Below, one piece after another: positions 29,009 to 37,179 of a stretch of 64,000 nt of DNA. The stretch is from an uncultured Smithella sp. (GTDB lineage Bacteria > Desulfobacterota > Syntrophia > Syntrophales > Smithellaceae): assembly GCA_964547345.1 (NCBI GenBank), contig CAZJMX010000006.1:41187-105186 (forward strand). The letters are read 5' to 3'. The position numbers and the translations under genes are program-made. Numbering within the stretch: position 1 is the first letter of the stretch; each line of letters starts with the position of its first letter. The notes beneath the pieces were generated by a model. That model ran no database searches, was not told the DNA's origin, and saw only the letters and a program-made list of their open reading frames with translations.

Positions 29009-29049
29009 AATGTAACTCATACTTGATAATATGTCAAGTATATTTGACA
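29009..29049 (-). promoter_or_regulatory. leaderless promoter and palindromic operator of the XRE gene
   Basis: Minus strand reads TTGACA-17-TACATT-6 nt-ATG; palindrome TGTCAA-N6-TTGACA at 29032-29049. Confidence 0.65.
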
Positions 29050-29117
29050 CTATGTCTTGCACATTAGATACTCAAGAATGGATATTATCAATAATACTGC
29101 TTAAAATCCGCCCTAAT

Positions 29118-29155
29118 AAAAAAATCGGGCAACGCCTTTTGAGACGTTGCCCGAT
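29118..29155 (-). terminator. intrinsic terminator
   Basis: atcgggcaacg...cgttgcccgat stem with an adjacent A7 run. Confidence 0.8.
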
Positions 29156-29203
29156 CGTATCACCCGACTGATGCCGGATCTGTATGATTCAATCCAATAC
29201 CTT

Positions 29204-29975
29204 TTACAGCCTTCCATTCATCCAGGCCAGTTCAACGGATTTGACTTCGCTTACGGATCTGGCGCCGATCAGAATATCCACATGGCCGTACCCCGGCAGG
29301 TACTGGATCGTGCGATCGGCAGTCTGGATCATGTAGCCTGAATAGCTTCCAAAAGCGGCCGTCTGACAAATTCCGCCGGGACAGCCCAGTTCGCCGCCGA
29401 TAAACAAAAACGGCACCGTCACGGCCGCGTTGTTGTGATAATCCAGAAACGGACAATTGGCATAACCGGCAAGGTATGTGCCCTCCAGGTTCTGGATGTT
29501 GGGCCAGAAGCGGCTGAGCTGAGACTGGTATTTAAGGAGGACGTCAACTGTCGAAAAACCGCCGTAAACATTTGTCAGCTTGGCCTGCCCCCAGGTCCAG
29601 TAATACGCATACGCCAGAAGATCGGAGATCGTCTGCGGCGGCGCGGGAATGTCCGCCGGGTTGTAGGCAGCCAGCGCCGTTTTGATCAGGGCGGCATCCG
29701 TATCCAAGCTCGACACGGTGTTGGCAGGCGCGCGGGTTACGGTATTTTTTGAGTGAGGATAAAGGGCTCCGAATCTTGTCCGTTCATTCCCTCCGCCATC
29801 AGACAAAACGAGGGGATAGCTGGAATGCGTGCCCGCTTTAAACGACGCCACGGCGGCATTGAACTGATCCTGCGTTTTTTGTGTGGCCGGATTATCCGCA
29901 TTCCGCCACAGGCCCGAGCCGTCAAGCGAGATCATGCCCTTGAGGTCGCCTGAATATTTGGCGGCATAAGCGGTC
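29204..29975 (-). pseudogene. C-terminal remnant of an alpha/beta-hydrolase
   Basis: Begins at AYAAKYSGDLKGMISLDG (the segment after the nucleophile elbow) and keeps GYGHVD. No GxSxG motif or N-terminal half. Confidence 0.6.
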
Positions 29976-29995
29976 AGGTGAAAACAGGAAGCGCA

Positions 29996-31102
29996 TTATA
30001 CCTTGATAAAGAACCTGCCTTTATAAAGCAGGTAACCTATCAGCCAAAAGAAGAAGATGTGTGCCAAAGCATACAGCAGTGATCCATTCATGTTACCGGC
30101 CAGAGGAACAAAGATATTTTGATGCAGCCAGGCGCTTCCGGCCATCACATTGCCCTCGCCGTCGGGGATGCGAATTAGCAGGCGCAGCGTTTTGGCCCAG
30201 ACAGACGACAGGGCAAAAATGAGCAGGGGATTCATTCCGAAAACCACAAAGAATGAGGTCCATTTTTTATACCCCTTCATATCAATGATATAAATAAGCA
30301 ATGCGAAAAGCAGGGCGGCAAGACCGGCTGTATAGAGCACGTATGAACTGGTCCATAAGGGCTTGTTCAGAGGGAATACCAAACCCCAGAGGTATCCGGC
30401 TATGGTGAAAGCAGCTCCGTATAGCACCAGTTTCACCGGCGCACGATTTCTTTGCGTTTCTTTAATCATCATACCTGCCAGGTAACCGATCATGACGGTT
30501 ACGACCGCCGGCAGGGAACTCAGGATGCCTTCCGGGTCAAAGGGGATACCAAAGCCGCGATAAAGATGGTTCTCCCCCAGGATAGCGCGATCAAAGGGGA
30601 TGGCGGCATTGCCCGCAAGACTGTAAGGATCTGAACCACCAAAAAAGAAAAGGATGCCCCAGTAGATCAGCAGAATCAAAGCGCCGATACCGGGCAGCCA
30701 CCTGCGCGGCGCACTCAAAACGATGAGTGCGGCAATCCCGTAAGCCACTGCAATTCTTTGCAGCACACCCATGATTCTCACGTGCGAATAATCGGTCATC
30801 CATTGGGGATAGGTGTTGATGAAAAGGCCAATGGCAAAAATTAAAAGCGTTCTGCGCCCCACCCGCAAAAGGGATTCCCTGCTCAATGCGTTTTCATATT
30901 TCTCGAATGAGAAAAAGATCGATACGCCCACGACGAAAAGGAAAAAGGGAAATACCAGATCCGTCGGTGTACAGCCGTGCCATTCGGCATGCGCGAGCGG
31001 CGGGTAAACAAATTTCCAGCTCCCCGGCGTATTGACCAGAATCATGAGCACAATGGTCATTCCTCTCAATACGTCAAGGGCCAGGTATCGGTCTGATTTC
31101 AA
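29996..31102 (-). CDS. heparan-alpha-glucosaminide N-acetyltransferase-like membrane protein (HGSNAT/NagX/DUF5009)
   Basis: ALDVLRG, ILVNTPG, DLVFPFFLFVVG, GVLQRIA, DPEGILS and NKPLWTSSY motifs; TTG start overlaps the upstream stop. Confidence 0.85.
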   Translation of the reverse strand: MKSDRYLALDVLRGMTIVLMILVNTPGSWKFVYPPLAHAEWHGCTPTDLVFPFFLFVVGVSIFFSFEKYENALSRESLLRVGRRTLLIFAIGLFINTYPQWMTDYSHVRIMGVLQRIAVAYGIAALIVLSAPRRWLPGIGALILLIYWGILFFFGGSDPYSLAGNAAIPFDRAILGENHLYRGFGIPFDPEGILSSLPAVVTVMIGYLAGMMIKETQRNRAPVKLVLYGAAFTIAGYLWGLVFPLNKPLWTSSYVLYTAGLAALLFALLIYIIDMKGYKKWTSFFVVFGMNPLLIFALSSVWAKTLRLLIRIPDGEGNVMAGSAWLHQNIFVPLAGNMNGSLLYALAHIFFFWLIGYLLYKGRFFIKV

Positions 31103-31554
31103 TAGATCCCCATCGCGCACCCGCCGGCAAGCGTCCCGCCTAACTCGCGGCACTGTTCCAAGATTTCTTCGGTGATTTTTCCTTGGGCGATGACGGGGTT
31201 GAAAACGGTCTTAAATTTATAGCCCAGCGCAATGCGTTCGATGGCGCGTAGCGCCCCGGAACCGTCATTGCCTGCGCTGATGAAGACCACGAAAGGCTTG
31301 CGGAATATTTTGTCCTGCGCCTCACCGTAGGTTCGGTCAAAGAAATCCTTGAGCATGCCGGACATGTAGCCGAAGTTTTCCGGTGTGCCGACAGCCAGGC
31401 CATCGCAGGTCAGCAGGTCATCGAGTGTGGCGTTGGCGGCATTTTTCAAAATCACCTCGACGCCGTCGATGGCTTTCGCACCTTCAAAGACGGCATCAGC
31501 CATTTGTTTGGTATGTCCGGTCTGGGAATGGTAGACGATTAGTATTTTGGTCAT
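31099..31554 (-). CDS. flavodoxin-fold protein (WrbA-like)
   Basis: VYHSQTGHT and GTPENFGYMSGMLKDFFD motifs. Confidence 0.88.
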   Translation of the reverse strand: MTKILIVYHSQTGHTKQMADAVFEGAKAIDGVEVILKNAANATLDDLLTCDGLAVGTPENFGYMSGMLKDFFDRTYGEAQDKIFRKPFVVFISAGNDGSGALRAIERIALGYKFKTVFNPVIAQGKITEEILEQCRELGGTLAGGCAMGIY

Positions 31555-31560
31555 GAAATG

Positions 31561-31597
31561 CGTATCTCGTATCTCGTGAAGCGTATCTCGTGAAACG
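31561..31597. repeat. heptamer tandem array (CGTATCT family)
   Basis: cgtatct|cgtatct|cgtgaag|cgtatct|cgtgaaa. Confidence 0.8.
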
Positions 31598-31769
31598 CGG
31601 GAACGGCTGATGACCTCGCGTGACCTTCAGGTCATCAGGTTATTGGAATCGCTCCCTAAATCTCTTTAAAACAAGGGGACTTGCAACCCGCACATGTTCC
31701 CTTAAGGGTATAGGTGGTCGCGATTGTCACATCGGCTAAGAGCCGATTCGCCATGACAAAAAAAGATGC

Positions 31770-32516
31770 TTATGGCATTCTGGAAATGATGCCCAGGAAT
31801 CCATCAGGCTTTAACGAAGCTCCGCCGACCAGGGCGCCGTCGATGTCTTCCATCGCAATCAGTTCGGCAATGTTGTCTTGGGTCACGCTGCCGCCGTAGA
31901 GGATCCGGACATCATTGGCCGCCGAACCATGCATCTCTTTAAGCAGGCTGCGAATAAAGGCGTGTACTTCCTCTGCCTGCGCAGAGGTCGCGACTTTGCC
32001 GGTGCCAATCGCCCAAACCGGCTCATAGGCGATGACCACATCATTCATTTTTTCAATACCGGAAAGCGCGCCTCGCACCTGCCGCAAAACGACTGACTGC
32101 GTAATGCCCTGCTCTCTTTCCTCATCTGTTTCGCCGACGCAGACAATCGCCTGCAAACCTGAAGTCAGCGCTTTCTTGACTTTCAAGTTAACCGTCTCAT
32201 CGCTCTCTGAAAAATATTTGCGGCGCTCGGAATGGCCGAGAATGGCGTACGTGCAGCCGACATCCTTGAGCATCAGAGGAGAAATTTCGCCCGTGAATGC
32301 ACCCTTGTCTTCACAGTACATATTTTGCGAAGCCAGCATCACAGATGAACCTTTAATGGCTTCGCCTACACTGTACAGGGCGGTAAACGGCGGAGCCACA
32401 ACCACTTCACCGTTTTTCAAACCAACGGCTCCTTCTTTGATCGCTTGCGCCAGTGCGATGGATTCACTAATCGTATTGTGCATTTTCCAGTTGCCGGCGA
32501 CAATCCACTTTCTCAT
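31770..32516 (-). CDS. tpiA: triosephosphate isomerase
   Basis: AGNWKM, GHSERR, AYEPVWAIGTG and LVGGASL motifs. Confidence 0.98.
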   Translation of the reverse strand: MRKWIVAGNWKMHNTISESIALAQAIKEGAVGLKNGEVVVAPPFTALYSVGEAIKGSSVMLASQNMYCEDKGAFTGEISPLMLKDVGCTYAILGHSERRKYFSESDETVNLKVKKALTSGLQAIVCVGETDEEREQGITQSVVLRQVRGALSGIEKMNDVVIAYEPVWAIGTGKVATSAQAEEVHAFIRSLLKEMHGSAANDVRILYGGSVTQDNIAELIAMEDIDGALVGGASLKPDGFLGIISRMP

Positions 32517-32530
32517 AGAATTCCTCCGTT

Positions 32531-33706
32531 TCAGCCGAGTGCAGCGACAGCCGGCAGGGTCTTTCCTTCGAGCAGTTCCAGAAATGCGCCGCCGCCGGTG
32601 GAAATGTAAGATATCTTATCGCTCTTGCCTGTTTTGTGAATGGCGGTGTCTGTGTCGCCGCCGCCGACAATGGTGAGCGCTCCTGATGCAACGGCGGCAT
32701 CCACCATTTTGAATGTGCCTGCAGAAAACGGCGCAAGCTCAAACATACCCAGCGGCCCGTTCCAGACAATAGTTTTGGCGGATTTGACGGCATCGGAAAA
32801 AGCTGCGATGGTTGCCGGGCCGATGTCGAGGCCCATCCAGTCTTCAGGAATATCGTTGATGTTAACAATTTTCGTTTCAGCGTCCGCCGCCGGAACCCTG
32901 GCAATCACAGCGTCCACCGGCAGCAGGAACTGCACATTTCCAGCGTTAGCTTTATCCATGATCTTTCGGGCGAGGTCGAGCATCTCCGTCTCACAAATGG
33001 ATTTGCCGATATTGATGCCCTGTGCTTTCAGAAAGGTAAAGGCCATGCCGCCGCCGACAATCAGTTTATCGACTTTGTCGATAAGATTTTCCAGTACGGT
33101 AATTTTGTCGGATACTTTTGCCCCGCCGATGATGGCGACAAGCGGACGGACGGGATTACCCATCGCTTTATTGAAATATTCGATTTCGTTTTTCAGCAGA
33201 AATCCTGCTGCACAAACTTTAACAAATTTGGTGATGGCCGTGTTGGAGGCCGCCGCACGATGCGATACGGCAAATGCATCGTTGATATAGACATCGCAAA
33301 GTTCGGCCAGTTCCTGCGCAAACGCCTCATCGTTTTTGTCTTCGCCTGCATGGAAGCGCAGATTCTCCAGCAGGATCACATCACCTGCTTTCATGGCGGC
33401 AACGGCCTGTAAAACCTTGCCCCCGATGCAGTCATCAATAAAAGGAACATCTTTCTTCAAAAGTGCCGATAAAATCGGAGCCACCGGTTTGAGTGAAAAT
33501 TCTTCAACTCTTTTCCCTTTGGGCCGTCCGAGATGAGACGCCACAATCACTCTGGCTCCTTTTTCACGAATGTAATTGAGGGTGGCCAAACTTGCTTTCA
33601 CACGGGTGTCGTCCGTAACGTTGCCTGCTTTATCCATCGGCACGTTGAAATCCACCCGCACAAAAACCTTCTTTCCGCTGACATCGATTTGATCCAGATA
33701 CTTCAT
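32531..33706 (-). CDS. pgk: phosphoglycerate kinase
   Basis: RVDFNVP, SHLGRP, LLENLRF, GGAKVSDK and STGGGA motifs. Confidence 0.98.
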   Translation of the reverse strand: MKYLDQIDVSGKKVFVRVDFNVPMDKAGNVTDDTRVKASLATLNYIREKGARVIVASHLGRPKGKRVEEFSLKPVAPILSALLKKDVPFIDDCIGGKVLQAVAAMKAGDVILLENLRFHAGEDKNDEAFAQELAELCDVYINDAFAVSHRAAASNTAITKFVKVCAAGFLLKNEIEYFNKAMGNPVRPLVAIIGGAKVSDKITVLENLIDKVDKLIVGGGMAFTFLKAQGINIGKSICETEMLDLARKIMDKANAGNVQFLLPVDAVIARVPAADAETKIVNINDIPEDWMGLDIGPATIAAFSDAVKSAKTIVWNGPLGMFELAPFSAGTFKMVDAAVASGALTIVGGGDTDTAIHKTGKSDKISYISTGGGAFLELLEGKTLPAVAALG

Positions 33707-33725
33707 AGGCAATTCCTCGCTATTT

Positions 33726-34724
33726 TTATTTCATGATAAACGACAACAGTTCGAGCATCCGGTTGGAGAAGCCCCACTCGTTGTCATACCACGAAAGTAT
33801 TTTCACCATGTTGCCGCCGATGACGGTGGTATTGGGCAAATCCACAATCGACGAATGCGGATTGCCGTTGAAATCGCGCGACACCAGTTCTTCTTCCGAG
33901 CACAACAAAATGCCTTTCATGGCGTGCTGCGCATACGCTTTGAGTTTTTCATTCACTTCCTGTTTATGGGTTGCGCGCGAAAGGGTTGCCACAAAATCAA
34001 CCAGCGACACATTAGGGGTGGGCACGCGGATGGCCAGACCGTCTAACTTGCCTTTCATTTCGGGGATGACTTCCGCAATGGCGCGTGCCGCGCCGGTCGT
34101 TGTGGGAATCATCGACAATGCCGAAGCCCGCGCGCGGCGCAAATCTTTGTGCGGTTCATCAAGGACGACCTGATCGTTCGTGTAGGAATGAATGGTTGTC
34201 ATCAGTCCGTACTGAACACCAAATTCCGAATGCAGGATTTTGACAATCGGCGCCAGACAATTGGTCGTGCAGGAACCCATGGAGATGACATGGTGCTTCG
34301 ACCGGTCATAGTCCTCGGCATTGACGCCGAAGACAATTGTAACATCCGGATCCTTCGCCGGGGCGGAAATGACCACTTTTTTGGCGCCGGCCTTGAGGTG
34401 TTTTTCCGCGCCGTCCCGGTCGGTGAATTTTCCAGTGCTTTCCAGCACGACATCCACGTCCAGATCGCGCCAGGGCAGCTGTTCCGGATCACGGCTGGCA
34501 AAGGTTTTGATCTCTTTGCCGTCCACCACAATCGAATGGGGCGTGGACGTTATGTCGGCGGGAAGAATGCCATGCACAGAGTCATACTTGAGCAGATGAG
34601 CGAGTGTTTTCGGATCAGCCAGATCATTAACTGCGACAAACTCGACATCCTTCTTGTTGTAACCGGCTCGAAATACAAGACGACCGATTCTACCAAAACC
34701 ATTGATGGCGATTTTAACGGACAT
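33726..34724 (-). CDS. gap: type I glyceraldehyde-3-phosphate dehydrogenase
   Basis: INGFGRIGR, SCTTNCL and WYDNEWG motifs. Confidence 0.98.
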   Translation of the reverse strand: MSVKIAINGFGRIGRLVFRAGYNKKDVEFVAVNDLADPKTLAHLLKYDSVHGILPADITSTPHSIVVDGKEIKTFASRDPEQLPWRDLDVDVVLESTGKFTDRDGAEKHLKAGAKKVVISAPAKDPDVTIVFGVNAEDYDRSKHHVISMGSCTTNCLAPIVKILHSEFGVQYGLMTTIHSYTNDQVVLDEPHKDLRRARASALSMIPTTTGAARAIAEVIPEMKGKLDGLAIRVPTPNVSLVDFVATLSRATHKQEVNEKLKAYAQHAMKGILLCSEEELVSRDFNGNPHSSIVDLPNTTVIGGNMVKILSWYDNEWGFSNRMLELLSFIMK

Positions 34725-34820
34725 ATTTTCCTCCTGATACCAGTTTGCTTTGATGGACGAACTTTGCAGGCTGCGTCGTTATCCTCGGAAAGCGACGTGG
34801 CATGAATAACGGACATACAA

Positions 34821-34872
34821 AGATTAAACAAAAGCCCCGGGGATGTCAACCCCTTTCTCCACCCCTTTCTCC
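34821..34872 (-). promoter_or_regulatory. gap operon promoter with an upstream 12-bp tandem repeat
   Basis: Minus strand TTGACA (34849-34844), 17 bp, TAATCT (34826-34821); acccctttctcc x2 at 34849-34872. Confidence 0.6.
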
Positions 34873-34972
34873 ATGGGAACTATGGAACATCTTGAAGTTC
34901 CCAAATGAATCTGGTACAAAAACGAGGCAAAAGGTTCGGGATTCAAAGTTTAAGGCAACAAGGATAAAAAGG

Positions 34973-36385
34973 ATGATGAAAAGAACAAAAATTGTCTGCA
35001 CAATCGGGCCTGCGTCCGAAAAAGAAGAAATTCTCGAAGCCCTGATTCTAAGTGGCATGAACGTGGCGCGTCTTAATTTTTCGCACGGCTCGCATGAAGG
35101 CCATCTTGCAAAAATAAAAATGATCCGTGCGCTGTCCGACAAGCTGTCTTGTCCGATAGCCATTTTGCTGGATCTGGCCGGGCCGAAGATCCGCATCGGG
35201 TCCATTCCCGATCCCGGTATCCTGCTCACGCCGGGACACCCATTCATTTTAACCAGCCGAAATATTGAAGGCAGCATGACGGCGGTGTCTCTCGGTTATA
35301 AGGAACTTCCGAAAGAAGTCAAAACCGGCGACCGCCTGCTTCTGGCGGATGGCCTGATGGAGCTGTGGGTGGAATCGTCCGACGGCACGGATATCGTTTG
35401 CAAAGTCATCACAGGCGGCATTCTGACGTCGCACAAGGGAATCAACCTGCCAACCGGCACAATCCGCACCTCTTCCCTGACCGAGAAGGATCGCGGCGAT
35501 TTATTGTTCGGGTTGGAACATGATGTCGATTTTATCGCTTTGTCTTTCGTGAAGACGGCCGATGACATTAAAGCCGTCAAGGACATCATCGCCGGCAAAG
35601 GGAAAGACACACCGGTGATTGCAAAAATAGAAAAGCATGAAGCCCTGGATAACATTGAAGCGATCATGGATGTCTCCGACGGGATCATGGTGGCCAGGGG
35701 CGATCTGGGCGTGGAAATACCGCTCGAAGACGTTCCCCTCATTCAAAAAAGTTTGATTGCCAAAGCCAACAACCGCGGCCTGCCGGTGATCACCGCCACA
35801 CAGATGCTCAGATCAATGGTTTCCTCTCCGCGCCCGACCCGCGCGGAAGCAACCGATGTGGCCAACGCCGTCCTCGACGGCACGGACGCCGTTATGCTTT
35901 CCGAGGAAACAGCATCCGGCGACTATCCGGTGGAGGCCGTCGCGCACATGAGCCGCCTGATCACGGCCGCCGAGACCGGGTTCCCGTTTGAGAAATATCT
36001 GTCCATGATTCCTGAAAAGGATGTCTCCGAATCCGTCGCTCACGCCTGCTGCATTCTGGCGAATCATCTGGAAGCCAAAGCCATTGTGGCGCATACACAA
36101 TCCGGTATGACGGCGAGGTATATTGCGCGCTTCCGTCCGAGGCAGACGATTGTGGCGTTGTCGCCGAATATCAAAACCGTTCAACGTCTTTCCTTAAGCT
36201 GGGGATGCCATCCGCGCCTGATTCATACGCTTCGGAATACCGACGAAATGATTGAGACAGCCTCGCAGGCCGCGCTCACAGCAGGCGACGCCCGGATGGG
36301 CGATTTGATCGTCATTACCGTCGGTCATCCCATCGGCGTGACCGGAACGACAAATATGTTGAGGGTGAAAAGACTTAAGACGTAA
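34973..36385 (+). CDS. pyk: pyruvate kinase
   Basis: KIVCTIGPAS, RLNFSHG, IAKIEK, MVARGDLGVE and ATQML motifs. Confidence 0.98.
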   Translation: MMKRTKIVCTIGPASEKEEILEALILSGMNVARLNFSHGSHEGHLAKIKMIRALSDKLSCPIAILLDLAGPKIRIGSIPDPGILLTPGHPFILTSRNIEGSMTAVSLGYKELPKEVKTGDRLLLADGLMELWVESSDGTDIVCKVITGGILTSHKGINLPTGTIRTSSLTEKDRGDLLFGLEHDVDFIALSFVKTADDIKAVKDIIAGKGKDTPVIAKIEKHEALDNIEAIMDVSDGIMVARGDLGVEIPLEDVPLIQKSLIAKANNRGLPVITATQMLRSMVSSPRPTRAEATDVANAVLDGTDAVMLSEETASGDYPVEAVAHMSRLITAAETGFPFEKYLSMIPEKDVSESVAHACCILANHLEAKAIVAHTQSGMTARYIARFRPRQTIVALSPNIKTVQRLSLSWGCHPRLIHTLRNTDEMIETASQAALTAGDARMGDLIVITVGHPIGVTGTTNMLRVKRLKT

Positions 36386-36579
36386 AGCGCATCTCGTATT
36401 TAGTATCTCGTTGAAGACGGGCTAAAAGACACTTCATGAGATGCGCGAAAAGCCAAAAAGGATGAAGCGGGGCGCGAAACGTCCCACAAAATAGTCTATA
36501 GGGAACGGTTTTTTCGTCCGGCACATGTCGGTTGAAACCATTCCCAAAACGAGATACGAACGACGAACAACGAGATACC
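36381..36579. repeat. two inverted heptamer arrays flanking about 130 bp
   Basis: cgtaaag|cgcatct|cgtattt|agtatct|cgttgaa (36381-36415) and caaaacg|agatacg|aacgacg|aacaacg|agatacc (36545-36579). Confidence 0.7.
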
Positions 36580-36594
36580 ACCCAAGGAGGGTTC

Positions 36595-37179
36595 ATGCAC
36601 ATTTTAGCTTTTAACGGATCACCGCGGCCCAAGGGAAACACATCGGCCATGATCGCCTCCATGCTGGAAGGCGCGCGGTCGTGCGGCGCACAAGCAACTG
36701 AAATCCGGCTGCATGACATCAATTTCAAAGGCTGCCTGGGCTGTTTCGGTTGCCGGAAAAATCCTGGCTTTTGCAGTGCGAAAGATGATTTGAGCCCCTA
36801 TCTCGAAGCCATCAAGACCTGCACCGGAGTCATTGTCGGCTGTCCGATTTATATGTATCGCATTTCAGGGCAGATGAAATTGTTTGTGGACCGCGTTTAT
36901 TCGCTGTATGCCGGGCTTCCGCAAGGCGGCTATAAATCCATGGTGCCTGAGGGGAAAACCTTTGCCCTGGTCACGTCTCAGGGAGCGCCCAACTCCGTCC
37001 AGTATCAGAAGTCGATTAGCTATCTGGCCGGTATGACCGGCAGCGGTCTGGGCATGGAAGAGATCGGCAGAATCAACCACACGGAAAGCGAACCTTGTCC
37101 GGCAGCGGCCAATCAGGCGCTGATGGAACAAGCTTTCGACATCGGCCGCAAAATGATCAGGCAGATTGATGAGCGATGA
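36595..37179 (+). CDS. iron-sulfur flavoprotein (flavodoxin family)
   Basis: NGSPRPKGNT and CLGCFGC..C motifs; AGGAGG RBS. Confidence 0.88.
   Translation: MHILAFNGSPRPKGNTSAMIASMLEGARSCGAQATEIRLHDINFKGCLGCFGCRKNPGFCSAKDDLSPYLEAIKTCTGVIVGCPIYMYRISGQMKLFVDRVYSLYAGLPQGGYKSMVPEGKTFALVTSQGAPNSVQYQKSISYLAGMTGSGLGMEEIGRINHTESEPCPAAANQALMEQAFDIGRKMIRQIDER

Noticed and set aside
32032-34805. Long antisense ORFs over tpiA, pgk and gap
   Set aside because: Expected shadows of conserved genes, with no motifs or RBS.
31561-36579. Heptamer arrays and palindromes as CRISPR repeats
   Set aside because: No regularly spaced 25-40 bp repeats with unique spacers and no cas genes.
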